Assembly: GCA_016199625.1 (NCBI GenBank)
Contig: JACQGI010000013.1
Coordinates: 654 to 64,653, forward strand
DNA length: 64,000 nt
From: Acidobacteriota bacterium
Lineage (GTDB): Bacteria; Acidobacteriota; Vicinamibacteria; Fen-336
Direction: 5' to 3'
The notes beneath the pieces are model-generated. The model did not search any database. It was not told where the DNA came from and was given only the letters and a program-made list of their open reading frames with translations. The number at the start of each line of letters is the position of its first letter. The stretch's first letter is position 1. Of this stretch, positions 54,876 to 64,000 are shown one piece after another. The translations under genes and the position numbers were made by a program.

Positions 54876-55874
54876 ATGAGCTACACCGTCACGCTGATCC
54901 CGGGCGACGGGATCGGGCCCGAGGTCGTCGGCGCAGCGGTCCGCGTCCTCGAGGCCACCGGCCTCGCCTTCCAGTGGGAGACGGAGAATGCGGGGGCCTC
55001 GGTCGTCGGCGAGTCGGGCACGGCGCTGCCGCCGCGGGTCCTGGACTCCATTCGCCGGAACAAGGTGGCGCTCAAGGGCCCGACGGGCACCCCCATCGGC
55101 ACCGGCCACCGCTCGGTGAACGTGGAGCTGCGCAAGCAGCTCGATCTCTACGCGAACCTCCGCCCCGTGCGCTCGCTGCCCGGGGTGAAGAGCCGATACG
55201 ACGGCGTCGACCTCGTGGTGGTCCGCGAGAACACCGAGGACCTCTACAGCGGCCTCGAGCACGTCGTGGTCCCCGGTGTCGTCGAGTCCATCAAGATCAT
55301 CACCGAGCGCGCCTCGACCCGCATCGCCCGCTACGCCTTCGACTACGCCCGGACCCACGGGCGGAAGAGGGTCTCGGCCGTCCACAAGGCGAACATCATG
55401 AAGCTCTCGGATGGCCTCTTCCTCGACTGTTGCCGGCGCGTGGCGAAGGACTACGCCGGAGTCACCTACGACGAGATCATCGTGGACAACTGCTGCATGC
55501 AGCTCGTCCTCGACCCCACGCGCTTCGACATCCTGCTCCTCGAGAACCTCTACGGGGACATCGTCTCCGACCTGTGCGCGGGGTTCATCGGGGGGCTCGG
55601 GATGGCTCCGGGCGCCAACATCGGCGAGGAGACGGCCGTCTTCGAGGCCGTCCACGGCTCCGCCCCCGACATCGCCGGGAAGAACCTGGCCAACCCCATC
55701 GCCATCGTCTTCTCGGGGGCGCTCCTCCTCGACCACGTGGGCGAGCACGACGCCGCCGACCGCGTGCGCCGGGCCGTCCATGCGGTCCTGGCCGAGGGAG
55801 TCAAGCTCACCCGTGACCTCGGCGGAGCCGCCGGGACGACCGAGATCGCCGAGGCGATCGCGGCGAAGGTTTGA
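54876..55874 (+). CDS. isocitrate dehydrogenase, NAD-dependent type (isocitrate/isopropylmalate dehydrogenase family)
   Basis: 332 aa with IPGDGIGPEV, LKGPTGTPIGTGHRSVNVELRKQLDLYANLRP, RENTEDLYSG, HKANIMKLSDGLF and NLYGDIVSDL. It resembles eukaryotic IDH3-like enzymes. Confidence 0.8.
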   Translation: MSYTVTLIPGDGIGPEVVGAAVRVLEATGLAFQWETENAGASVVGESGTALPPRVLDSIRRNKVALKGPTGTPIGTGHRSVNVELRKQLDLYANLRPVRSLPGVKSRYDGVDLVVVRENTEDLYSGLEHVVVPGVVESIKIITERASTRIARYAFDYARTHGRKRVSAVHKANIMKLSDGLFLDCCRRVAKDYAGVTYDEIIVDNCCMQLVLDPTRFDILLLENLYGDIVSDLCAGFIGGLGMAPGANIGEETAVFEAVHGSAPDIAGKNLANPIAIVFSGALLLDHVGEHDAADRVRRAVHAVLAEGVKLTRDLGGAAGTTEIAEAIAAKV

Positions 55875-55882
55875 TCCGGCGG

Positions 55883-56254
55883 CTAAGCCTCTTCCTCCGC
55901 TCGTCGCTCTCCGCCGAAGATCGTCCCCAGCGCCCAGTTCACCACCGCGATCACGACGCTGCCGAGGATCCCCGCCAGGAGCCCCTCCACGCGATAGCCC
56001 GGGATGAACCAGGACGAGACCCAGAGCAGGATCCCGTTGAGCACGACGTAGAAGAGGCCGAGGGTCAGGATCAGGGCCGGGATCGAGAGGACGATCGCGA
56101 TGGGGCGGACCACGGCGTTGAACAGGCCGAAGATCGCCCCGGCCAGGATGAGGGTCAGGATCCCCGCACGGCGGTCGAAGGAGATCCCCGGCACGACGGT
56201 CGTGGCCAGCAGGGCGAGGGCGTTGGCCACGATTCGGGCGACGAGGCGCGTCAT
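55883..56254 (-). CDS. DUF360 / phage-holin-4-like small membrane protein
   Basis: 123 aa with 4 TM segments, IFGLFNAVVRPIAIVLSIPALILTLGLF... Confidence 0.7.
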   Translation of the reverse strand: MTRLVARIVANALALLATTVVPGISFDRRAGILTLILAGAIFGLFNAVVRPIAIVLSIPALILTLGLFYVVLNGILLWVSSWFIPGYRVEGLLAGILGSVVIAVVNWALGTIFGGERRAEEEA

Positions 56255-56260
56255 CCCGCG

Positions 56261-56953
56261 CTACTCCTCAGGCTCCTCGGTCACGACGCGCCAGCCCGGC
56301 GGCGGCTCGAAGAGCGCCGAGGGGTGCGGCCCGACCCGCACCCGCGTCACCGTCGAGACCGTCTCGTGGAGGCGGCCCAGCACCGAGACGCGGGCCCGTG
56401 TCTCGAGGGGGAAGCCCCGGATGCGCCGGAGCTCCGCCATGAGGCCCCGGAGGGACTGGGCGGCTCCGCTCCACTCGAGGAAGTCGGCGAAGGCGTCGAT
56501 GCCCACGGGGATCCGGTCGGTCGCGTAGACGTCCAGAACCGTCGAGCCGGCGGTGATCCGGTACCCGCGGCACGGATAGCCCGCGAGCGTCCGGGGGGTC
56601 TTGAGCGGCGCCGTGCGCGCCGCGCCCTCCTCGTCGCCCCCCATGAGGTCGCCGGCCATGGCGGCCTCCATGTGAGAGCGGGCCCGGAGGCGCTCCGCGT
56701 CCACGGCCACGGCGGTCTTCGTCTCGGGGTCGAGGCGGTAGGCCTGCCCCGAGTCCAGGCGGAGGATGAAGGCGGCGCCGCCCCCCTCGCCCGCTTCGAG
56801 GCGCATCCGCCTCCCCGAGTGCCAGACCTGGGAGACGACCCCGGGCCCCTGGCTCCGCCCGTCCACCGAGGTCACGACCGTCTGCTGGAAGTAGAGCTCC
56901 GGTCCGGCGGCGCCCGCTCCGAGGAGCAACCCGAAGGCCGCGGCGAGGGACAT
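56261..56953 (-). CDS. secreted hypothetical protein
   Basis: ORF 56261..56956(-), starting at the ATG at 56953 or the GTG at 56956 after GGAGG. It has a short signal (MSLAAAFGLLLGAGAAG). No family recognised with confidence. Confidence 0.55.
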   Translation of the reverse strand: MSLAAAFGLLLGAGAAGPELYFQQTVVTSVDGRSQGPGVVSQVWHSGRRMRLEAGEGGGAAFILRLDSGQAYRLDPETKTAVAVDAERLRARSHMEAAMAGDLMGGDEEGAARTAPLKTPRTLAGYPCRGYRITAGSTVLDVYATDRIPVGIDAFADFLEWSGAAQSLRGLMAELRRIRGFPLETRARVSVLGRLHETVSTVTRVRVGPHPSALFEPPPGWRVVTEEPEE

Positions 56954-56964
56954 CACGCCTCCAC

Positions 56965-56993
56965 TTTACAAGGGTCGGCGGCGTCATCATAAT
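56965..56993 (+). promoter_or_regulatory. candidate sigma70 promoter for the GGDEF-PilZ gene
   Basis: TTTACA (56965-56970), 17-nt spacer, CATAAT (56988-56993). The TTG start is at 57029. Confidence 0.5.
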
Positions 56994-57028
56994 CTCGGGG
57001 CTCCCTCTCAGGAACCAAGGACGGAGAC

Positions 57029-58186
57029 TTGGCTCGTTCGACGGACGGCGCGGCGTTGCGCCAGGCGCTCCTGCAACTCCTCGAAGCGGACCCGCCGCAG
57101 GAGGAGCGGCTGCTGGCGGATCTCGAGCGGCGGCAAGAGGAGGGCCAGCCCCTCTATTCGGCGGCGCTCTACCTCCTCACCCACCTCCAGTTCCCCGAGG
57201 CCGAAGCGCGGCGCCATTGGCGGCGGATCCTGGCCCACCGGGACCTGCTCCGGATGACCCTCGGCCGCGACGTGGGACTGCGCGTGGCCCTCCTCGACTA
57301 CTTCGTCAACGTCAGCAAGGAGCTGCGGAACCCGAAGGTCATCGAGATCTCCATCTACGAGCGCACCGCACGATCGGCCGTGACCGACGGCCTCACGGGG
57401 CTCTTCAACCATGCCTACTTCGTCCAGGCCCTGAGGCGGGAGGTCCAGCGCAGCCGGCGCCACGGTCTCACGGTCTCTCTCGCCCTCTTCGACATCGACG
57501 ACTTCAAGAAGGTGAACGACACCCTCGGACACCTCGAGGGGGACAAGGTGCTCATGAAGGCGGCGTCGCTCATCCACGACAGCCTCCGGGAGATCGATGT
57601 CGCCGCCCGGTACGGCGGCGAGGAGTTCGCCGTGATCCTGCCCGAGACGGGCCGCGAGGGCGCTTTCGTCGTCGCCGACAGGATCCGGGCTCGCATCGGC
57701 GAGCATTTCCGCCGCAGGAAGGACGGCCCGCGCGTCACGGTGTCGGGCGGCGTCGCCGCGTTCCCCGGGGACGCGGGCGGCGTCGAGGACCTGATCCGTC
57801 GCTCCGACGAGGGCCTCTACCGTTCGAAGGCCGACGGCAAGAACCAGGTGACGCTGGTGGACGGGGAACGGCGTCGCAACCCCCGTGTGCCGGCGAGCCA
57901 CCACGTCCTCCTGCGCGGCCGCACGGTGCGCCAGGCTGCCGCCCGGACGAAGAACGTCTCGGAGGGAGGCCTGCTCCTGAACCTCAAGCAGTCGGTCCCG
58001 GTCGGCAGCCCCGTGAGCCTCGTGATCCGGCCGCGCGGCGGCGGCGCTCCGCTCGGGCTCAAGGGCGAGGTCGTCCGCGTCGCCCCTGCGGGCGAAGGGG
58101 CCGGGTACGACCTCGGCATCCGCCTTGCGGCCGACCCCAACCAGGCCGCCGTCGTGTTCCGGCGCCTCACGGGCGCCGGTGCTTGA
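57029..58186 (+). CDS. diguanylate cyclase (GGDEF, with I-site) fused to a C-terminal PilZ domain
   Basis: 385 aa. I-site and active site in REIDVAARYGGEEF (RxxD plus GGEEF). PilZ motifs RRNPR (RxxxR) and NVSEGG (D/NxSxxG). Confidence 0.85.
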   Translation: MARSTDGAALRQALLQLLEADPPQEERLLADLERRQEEGQPLYSAALYLLTHLQFPEAEARRHWRRILAHRDLLRMTLGRDVGLRVALLDYFVNVSKELRNPKVIEISIYERTARSAVTDGLTGLFNHAYFVQALRREVQRSRRHGLTVSLALFDIDDFKKVNDTLGHLEGDKVLMKAASLIHDSLREIDVAARYGGEEFAVILPETGREGAFVVADRIRARIGEHFRRRKDGPRVTVSGGVAAFPGDAGGVEDLIRRSDEGLYRSKADGKNQVTLVDGERRRNPRVPASHHVLLRGRTVRQAAARTKNVSEGGLLLNLKQSVPVGSPVSLVIRPRGGGAPLGLKGEVVRVAPAGEGAGYDLGIRLAADPNQAAVVFRRLTGAGA

Positions 58187-58525
58187 GCGCGCCAGGACAC
58201 CACACAAAACGACTCCCGAAACGCTATAATTGCCCCCAGCAACCAGCGGGTCGGCGGTTCCTGCCCTTCCCCTCCAACGGTCGCCGATCCGCCCCGTGTC
58301 GAGGGGGTCCTTGGCTCGAGTCCAGGAGAGCGAGCGAGCTCTGCGCCGGCCGCACGGTGGGCGACCGCGCGGCCTGCCGGGCTCACGACCGCGGAGGCGC
58401 GCCTGAGCGTCCGATGGGCGATCCGAGCGGGCTTCGCTGCGGTCGTCCTCGCACTCCTCGCCATCGGCGCGCTCTCCCTGCGCCCTCTCGCCCCTGCTGT
58501 CGACGCGCACTCCATCGGCCGGGCC

Positions 58526-59755
58526 TTGAGCGTCGCGTCCGTGCTCGTCCTCGGCGCAGTCGTCGTCCTGGTCGAGCGCGAGGTCGGCCGCAGGGCCCGG
58601 GCCGAGGCCGACCTCCGCACGCAGAACACGGTCCTCGAGCTGATCCTGGCCAACATGGCCGACGGCGTCGTGGTGGCCGACGAGCGCGCGCGGTTCACCC
58701 ACTTCAACCCGGCCGCCGAGCGCATCGTGGGCGTCGGGAAGACCGGCGCCGGGCCGGAGGAGTGGGGACGGCACTACGGCGTCTTCCTGCCGGACGGCGT
58801 CACGCCGTACCCCCAGGAGCGCTACCCGCTGCTCCGGGCCCTGCGCGGCGAGGACACCGACGGCGACGAGCAGCTCATCCGCAACGCCGGCTACCCCGCG
58901 GGGGTGGTCATCCGGGTCACCGGCCGTCCCATGCGCGACGCTTCGGGGGCCGTGCGCGGCGGCCTCGCCGTGTTCCGCGACGTGACAGCCGAGCGGCGCT
59001 CTGCCGAGGAGATCCGCTCGCTGAACGAGGAGCTGCGGAAGAAGGTAGCGGAGCTCGAGGCGGCGAACGCCGAGCTCGAGTCCTTCAGCTACTCGGTTTC
59101 CCACGACCTCCGGGCGCCGCTCCGGCACGTCCACGGCTTCGTGGACCTGCTGCGGAAGCGCGCCGGGGCGTCCCTCGACGAGACGGGCCGCCGCCACCTC
59201 GACGTGATCGCCGAGGCCTCGCGCCACATGGGCCAGCTCATCGACGACCTCCTGGCCTTCTCGCGCATGGGGCGCGTCGAGATGCGGACCGCTCGGGTGG
59301 ACCTCGCGACGCTCGTGGCCGAGGTCGTCGGGCAGGTCGGGCGCGAGGCCGAAGGTCGCACCATCGACTGGGCGATCGGGGATCTCCCCGGCGTCGTGGG
59401 CGACCGGGCCCTCCTCCGGATCGCCCTCGTGAACCTCCTGTCGAACGCGGTGAAGTACACGCGGCCGCGCGGCCGGGCGCGCATCGAGGTCGGCGCGCAG
59501 GCCGCGACCAACGGTCGGGTCGTCCTCTTCGTCCGCGACGACGGTGTCGGCTTCGACATGCGGTACGCCGACAAGCTCTTCGGCGTCTTCCAGCGCCTCC
59601 ACCGCGCCGAGGAGTTCGAGGGCACGGGCATCGGCCTTGCCACCGTGCGGCGGGTCGTCAACCGCCACGGCGGCGAGGTGTGGGCCGAAGCGACGCCGGA
59701 GTCGGGTGCCACGTTCTACGTCTCTCTGCCCCCGGACGAGGGAAGGGCGGGATGA
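58526..59755 (+). CDS. PAS sensor histidine kinase (membrane anchor probably encoded upstream of the annotated start)
   Basis: 409-aa ORF with a PAS domain, H-box FSYSVSHDLRAPLR, N-box LLSNAVKYT and G-box GTGIGLA. In-frame upstream codons encode a TM helix back to the CTG at 58403. Confidence 0.85.
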   Translation: MSVASVLVLGAVVVLVEREVGRRARAEADLRTQNTVLELILANMADGVVVADERARFTHFNPAAERIVGVGKTGAGPEEWGRHYGVFLPDGVTPYPQERYPLLRALRGEDTDGDEQLIRNAGYPAGVVIRVTGRPMRDASGAVRGGLAVFRDVTAERRSAEEIRSLNEELRKKVAELEAANAELESFSYSVSHDLRAPLRHVHGFVDLLRKRAGASLDETGRRHLDVIAEASRHMGQLIDDLLAFSRMGRVEMRTARVDLATLVAEVVGQVGREAEGRTIDWAIGDLPGVVGDRALLRIALVNLLSNAVKYTRPRGRARIEVGAQAATNGRVVLFVRDDGVGFDMRYADKLFGVFQRLHRAEEFEGTGIGLATVRRVVNRHGGEVWAEATPESGATFYVSLPPDEGRAG

Positions 59756-60204
59756 ATAGCCTCAGGCGGATCCTCCTCGTCGAGGACAGCGCTGCCGACG
59801 TGGAGCTGACCCTCGCGGCTCTCGAGGAGCATCACCTGGCGAATGAGGTGGACGTGGCCCGCGACGGCGCGGAGGCCCTCGATTACCTGTACCGTCGCGG
59901 GCGCTTCGCCGACCGCCCCGAGAGCCCTCCGGTGGTGGTGCTCCTCGACCTGAAGATGCCCAAGGTCGACGGCCTCGAGGTGCTGCGACGGGTGAAGGGC
60001 GACGCGGCGCTCCGAACGATTCCGGTCGTGATGCTGACCTCCTCCCGGGAGGAGAGCGACCTCGTGGCGAGCTACCGCCTCGGGGCCAACGCCTACGTGC
60101 TGAAGCCCGTGGACTTCACGCAGTTCAGCGAGGCCGTGGCGGAGCTGGGGGTCTTCTGGGCCCTCGTCAACGAGCCGCCGCCGCGAGGCGCGGGAGACTC
60201 CTGA
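59752..60204 (+). CDS. single-domain response regulator (receiver only)
   Basis: C-terminal 150 aa of ORF 57217..60204. The ATG at 59752 overlaps the kinase stop (ATGA). Motifs LLVEDS, VVLLDLKMPKVDG and YVLKP. Confidence 0.9.
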   Translation: MNSLRRILLVEDSAADVELTLAALEEHHLANEVDVARDGAEALDYLYRRGRFADRPESPPVVVLLDLKMPKVDGLEVLRRVKGDAALRTIPVVMLTSSREESDLVASYRLGANAYVLKPVDFTQFSEAVAELGVFWALVNEPPPRGAGDS

Positions 60205-63017
60205 TGCCCGTGCGGATTCTCCACCTCGAGGACGTCCCCGAGGACGCCGAGCTCGTCCGCGAGAGCCTCGCCGCCGAGGGAATCGAGTGCGAGGTGACGT
60301 GGGTGAACCGCCGGGACCAGTTCGTCGCCGCCCTGGAGGAGGGGAGCTTCGACCTGATCCTCGCCGACTACGGCCTGCCCGGCTTCGACGGGGGCGCTGC
60401 GCTGGCCCTCGCCCGGGAGAGGGTCCCCGAGGTCCCGTTCCTCGTCCTGTCGGGCACCGTCGGGGAGGAGATCGCCGTCGAGATGCTCCAGAGGGGGGCC
60501 ACCGACTACCTCCTCAAGCACCGTACCGCGCGGCTCGGCCCGGCCGTCCGGCGGGCGCTCCGCGAGGCCGAGGAGCAGGCGACGCGCCGCCGCACCGAGC
60601 AGGCCCTCGAGGCGAGCCGGCTCTTCTTCCAGCACGTGGCCGAGGCCACGCCCAACGTCATCTACGTCTACGACCTCCTCGAGCGCCGCCACCTCTACGT
60701 GGCCGGCGCCTCCCGCTCGGTCTGGGGCTACGGCGGGCAGCAGGTCCTCGAAGAGGGGCCGGCGTTCCTGGAGCGCTGCCTCCACCCGGACGATCGGGCG
60801 CGCCTCCGCGAGAACCTCGCCCGCTTCGCCTCGGCCGGAGAGGGCGAGGTCTTCGAGAGCCAGTACCGCTTCCGGCACTCCGACGGATCCTGGCGCTGGC
60901 TCCGCACCCGGGCGACGCTCTTCACCCGTGCTGCCGACGGGGCGCCGCGGCAGATCGTCGGGGTCGCCGAGGACGTCAGCGAGCACGAGCGCGAGGAGAA
61001 GCGACGGGCCACGCAGCACTCCGTCACCCGGGTCCTCGCCGAGGCGACGACCCTGGACGCCGCGCGGGGGGCCGTCCTCGAGGCTCTGGGGCGCGGCCTC
61101 GACTTCGACGCGTGCGAGTGGTGGGACCTGGACGACGGCGGCGTGCCGACGCTGACCGCCGCGTGGCATTCGTCGAGGCTCCAGGGGTCCGAGCTCGGCC
61201 GCGCCGGCCCAGGGGCCGTGCTCCCGCCCGCGAGCCTGCCCGGGAGCGTCAGCGCCTCCGGTCGCGCCCGGTGGATCCGCGACGCCGCCTCCGAGCCCGA
61301 CTTCGCCCGGGGGGCGCTCGTCGCGGCCTGCGGCCTCCACGCCGCTCTCGGCGTCCCGGTGCGCGGGGGCCGGGCCCGGGCGGTCCTCGTCGCCTTCAGC
61401 CGCGAAGTGCTCGACCGCGACGAGGACCTGCTCCGGACGCTCGAGGCCCTGGGGAGTCAGCTCGCGGCATTCGTGGACCGAAGGGAGGCCGAGGGCGCCC
61501 TCCGGGCCAGCCAGGAGCGCGTCCGTGAGCAGGCCGCGCTCCTCGACAAGGCGCGCGACGCGATCCTCGTCGGCGATCTCGAGGGCCGGATCCGTTTCTG
61601 GAACGAGAGCGCGGAGCGCATCTACGGCTGGCCGGCCGACGAGGCCCTGGGCCGGAACGCCGGGGAGCTGTTCCGGAGCGAGTCCCCCCAGGCGCGCCAG
61701 GCGTGGGCCAGCGTCCTCGAGCACGGGGAGTGGATCGGCGAGCTCGAGAAGAGCTGCAAGGACGGGAGGCGCATCGTCGCCGAGAGCCGCTGGACCCTCG
61801 TCCGCGATGAGGCGGGGCGCCCGCGGTCGGTGCTCACCATCGACACCGACGTCACGGAGAAGAAGCAGCTCCAGTCGCAGTTCCTGAGGGTCCAGCGCAT
61901 GGAGAGCATCGGCACCCTGGCGGGAGGCATCGCCCACGACCTGAACAACGTCCTCTCGCCGATCCTCATGGCCCTCGAGATCCTCCGGAAGAAGGTCGTC
62001 GACGAGCGTGGCCTGCGCCTCCTCGCCACCATGGAGACGAGCGCGCGCCGCGGCGCGGACATGGTCCGGCAGATCCTGACCTTCGCCCGCGGGATCGAAG
62101 GCGAGCGCATCGTGCTGCAGCCCCGGCACCTCCTCCGGGACGTGGAGAAGATCGCCGCCGAGACGTTCCCCAAGACGATCCGCGTGCGCCTCGACGTGGC
62201 CGGGGACCTCTGGAACGTCACGGGCGACGCGACGCAGATCCACCAGGTGCTGCTGAACCTCTCCGTCAACGCCCGCGACGCGATGCCGGACGGCGGCGTC
62301 CTGACCCTGGCGGCCGAGAACGTCCGGCTGGACGAGACCTACAGCCGCATGCACCCCGACGCCCGGCCCGGCCCCCACGTCATCCTGACGGTGGCCGACA
62401 GCGGCACCGGCATCCCCCCGGGCCTTCTCGACAAGATCTTCGACCCGTTCTTCACCACCAAGGAGGTCGGCAAGGGGACCGGCCTCGGCCTCTCCACGAG
62501 CCTCGCCATCGTCAAGAGCCACGGCGGCTTCATCCACGTGTACACAGAGGCGCGGCGGGGCAGCAGCTTCCGGGTCTACCTCCCCGCGACGCTCTCGGCC
62601 GAGCGTCCTGGTCTCCCGGCCGCCCTCGCCGATCTCCCGCGGGGCCGCGGCGAGCAGATCCTCGTGGTGGACGATGAGGCCTCGATCCGCGAGATCGCCC
62701 GAGAGACCCTCGAGACCTACGGCTATCGGGTCCTGACCGCGAGCGACGGCGCCGAGGCCGTGGCGGTCTACACGCAGAACGCCGCCGACGTCGCGGCGGT
62801 CCTCACCGACGTCCGCATGCCGTACATGGACGGGCCTGCGACGATCCGGGCCCTCGTGCGGGTGAACCCGGCGGTGAAGGTGGTCGTGGCCTCGGGCTTC
62901 GACGACGGCGAGACGGCCCGGAAGGACCTGGCGGGGACGGTCCGCGCGTTCCTCCAGAAGCCGTTCACCGCGGAGAGCCTCCTCACCACCCTCCGCGACG
63001 TCCTCTCGCAGGGCTGA
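60204..63017 (+). CDS. hybrid sensor kinase: REC-PAS-GAF-PAS-HisKA-HATPase-REC
   Basis: 937 aa. N-terminal REC ([14 protein letters not shown]), PAS and GAF segments, H-box [13 protein letters not shown]-boxes DSGTGI/GTGLGL and a C-terminal REC ([12 protein letters not shown]). Its ATG shares one nt with the preceding stop. Confidence 0.9.
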   Translation: MPVRILHLEDVPEDAELVRESLAAEGIECEVTWVNRRDQFVAALEEGSFDLILADYGLPGFDGGAALALARERVPEVPFLVLSGTVGEEIAVEMLQRGATDYLLKHRTARLGPAVRRALREAEEQATRRRTEQALEASRLFFQHVAEATPNVIYVYDLLERRHLYVAGASRSVWGYGGQQVLEEGPAFLERCLHPDDRARLRENLARFASAGEGEVFESQYRFRHSDGSWRWLRTRATLFTRAADGAPRQIVGVAEDVSEHEREEKRRATQHSVTRVLAEATTLDAARGAVLEALGRGLDFDACEWWDLDDGGVPTLTAAWHSSRLQGSELGRAGPGAVLPPASLPGSVSASGRARWIRDAASEPDFARGALVAACGLHAALGVPVRGGRARAVLVAFSREVLDRDEDLLRTLEALGSQLAAFVDRREAEGALRASQERVREQAALLDKARDAILVGDLEGRIRFWNESAERIYGWPADEALGRNAGELFRSESPQARQAWASVLEHGEWIGELEKSCKDGRRIVAESRWTLVRDEAGRPRSVLTIDTDVTEKKQLQSQFLRVQRMESIGTLAGGIAHDLNNVLSPILMALEILRKKVVDERGLRLLATMETSARRGADMVRQILTFARGIEGERIVLQPRHLLRDVEKIAAETFPKTIRVRLDVAGDLWNVTGDATQIHQVLLNLSVNARDAMPDGGVLTLAAENVRLDETYSRMHPDARPGPHVILTVADSGTGIPPGLLDKIFDPFFTTKEVGKGTGLGLSTSLAIVKSHGGFIHVYTEARRGSSFRVYLPATLSAERPGLPAALADLPRGRGEQILVVDDEASIREIARETLETYGYRVLTASDGAEAVAVYTQNAADVAAVLTDVRMPYMDGPATIRALVRVNPAVKVVVASGFDDGETARKDLAGTVRAFLQKPFTAESLLTTLRDVLSQG

Positions 63018-63041
63018 GGCCCCACACCGGCGTGTCGTCCG

Positions 63042-63070
63042 TTGCCCTCGAGGCGACAAGTTTGTAGGAT
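63042..63070 (+). promoter_or_regulatory. candidate sigma70 promoter (near-leaderless) for the GAF-sigma54 activator
   Basis: TTGCCC (63042-63047), 17-nt spacer, TAGGAT (63065-63070). The ATG at 63082 follows after 11 nt with no SD. Confidence 0.4.
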
Positions 63071-63081
63071 GCGTCGCCCCC

Positions 63082-64000
63082 ATGTCGCCCCCCGACAGCC
63101 GCGCCCTCACGAACCTCCTCGAGCTCTCCCGGACCCTGGGCTCCACGGGGAACGTCCGGTCGGCCCTCACCCGCGCCCTCGAGATCCTCGAGGAGAGCCA
63201 CGGGGCCCGGGCCGGAGCGGTCTTCGTCGTCGACGGGACGGGCGAGCTGGCCGTGGAGGCCGCCACGGGGGTGCCCTGGCGGCTCGTGCGCCAGGTGCGC
63301 TACCGCATGGGCGAGGGCATCACGGGCCGGGTCGTCCAGAGCGGCCGGCCCGTGGTGGTGCCCCAGGTCAGCCGCGAGCCGCTCTTCCTCAACAAGATGG
63401 GGACCTGGAGGCGCTCGTCGCGGGAGGAGCTGACCTACGTCTGCGTGCCGATCGTCGTGGACTCCCAGCCCGTGGGCGCCCTGGGCGTGGCCCTCCGGTA
63501 CCACAAGGAGCGGAGCTACGACCAGGAGCAGAAGTTCCTCGGTGTCGTCGCCTCAATGGTCGGCCAGGCGCTCCGGGTGCACCGGCTCGTCGAAGCCGAG
63601 CGCCGCCGGCTCGTCGAGGAGAACACCCAGCTCCGCCAGGAGCTCCGCCAGCGCTACGACGTGCGCAACATCGTGGGCAGCTCCCGTCCCATGCAGCAGG
63701 TCTACGAGCAGGTGGCCCAGGTCGCGGCCTCGAGCACCACGGTGCTGATCCGGGGCGAGTCGGGGACGGGCAAGGAGATGGTGGCCCACGCCCTCCACTA
63801 CAACTCCCCCCGCTCGGAGCGCCCCTTCGTGAAGGTCTCGTGCGCGGCGCTCCCCGAGAGCCTCATCGAGTCGGAGCTCTTCGGGTACGAGAAGGGGGCC
63901 TTCACCGACGCCCGGACGCAGAAGAAGGGGCGCTTCGAGCTAGCCCACGGCGGGACGCTGTTCCTCGACGAGGTCGGGGAGCTCTCGCCCTCGACCCAGG
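63082..64000 (+). CDS. GAF-domain sigma54-dependent transcriptional activator (NifA/FhlA-like), 5' part; runs off the right edge
   Basis: Not in the ORF track because there is no stop. My translation from the ATG at 63082 is [21 protein letters not shown]... (GAF domain), then [13 protein letters not shown], Walker [22 protein letters not shown] and TLFLDEVGE. Confidence 0.85.
   Translation, partial: MSPPDSRALTNLLELSRTLGSTGNVRSALTRALEILEESHGARAGAVFVVDGTGELAVEAATGVPWRLVRQVRYRMGEGITGRVVQSGRPVVVPQVSREPLFLNKMGTWRRSSREELTYVCVPIVVDSQPVGALGVALRYHKERSYDQEQKFLGVVASMVGQALRVHRLVEAERRRLVEENTQLRQELRQRYDVRNIVGSSRPMQQVYEQVAQVAASSTTVLIRGESGTGKEMVAHALHYNSPRSERPFVKVSCAALPESLIESELFGYEKGAFTDARTQKKGRFELAHGGTLFLDEVGELSPSTQ

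Overview
This is a 64-kb, very GC-rich bacterial chromosomal segment (about 70% GC by eye, not computed). It is gene-dense, with about 60 CDS. I recognised no rRNA, tRNA, CRISPR array, transposase, integrase or obvious defence genes. Two adjacent VWA proteins of the 'acidobacterial VWFA-related' type, together with the overall gene content, suggest Acidobacteriota (inference only).

Gene content from left to right:
- 1-3.4 kb: partial TPR protein, an atypical arginase-fold protein, pepA, and a dual-specificity phosphatase.
- 3.4-10 kb: a TolC/MacA/MacB-type efflux operon with a zinc-ribbon/TPR gene inserted in it.
- 10-15.4 kb: ZIP metal transporter, an M16 peptidase pair, SCP2 and AIM24-like proteins.
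- 15.4-18.5 kb: an F0-only ATP synthase cluster (atpZ-like, atpI, atpB, atpE, atpF) with a MarR gene upstream.
- 18.7-35 kb: an osmoadaptation-flavoured stretch. It holds a DUF5752-like gene plus treT, an otsA-like relic, MscS, NhaP with an RCK/cNMP protein, and a CPA2-gpgS-gpgP-glycosyltransferase operon. An HtrA protease and an acyl-CoA dehydrogenase lie inside it.
- 35.4-42.2 kb: an AI-2E transporter, a B12/radical-SAM gene, and an orphan nuoM-nuoL pair next to mog.
- 42.2-50.5 kb: two VWA genes, a sensor kinase, a sigma54 response regulator broken by one in-frame TAG, and envelope proteins.
- 50.5-54.1 kb: a sigma54-promoted His/Tyr/Arg-rich secreted mini-protein and an ECF sigma/anti-sigma operon with three paralogous secreted proteins.
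- 54.2-57 kb: LOG, an NAD-type isocitrate dehydrogenase, and small membrane or secreted proteins.
- 57-64 kb: a signalling island (GGDEF-PilZ, PAS kinase, receiver, large hybrid kinase, GAF-sigma54 activator).

Start/stop overlaps of the ATGA/GTGA type are very common (13 noted). Most long Arg/Pro/Gly-rich ORFs in the track are alternative-frame artefacts of the high GC content. All promoter, terminator and family calls were made by eye and memory and need computational confirmation.
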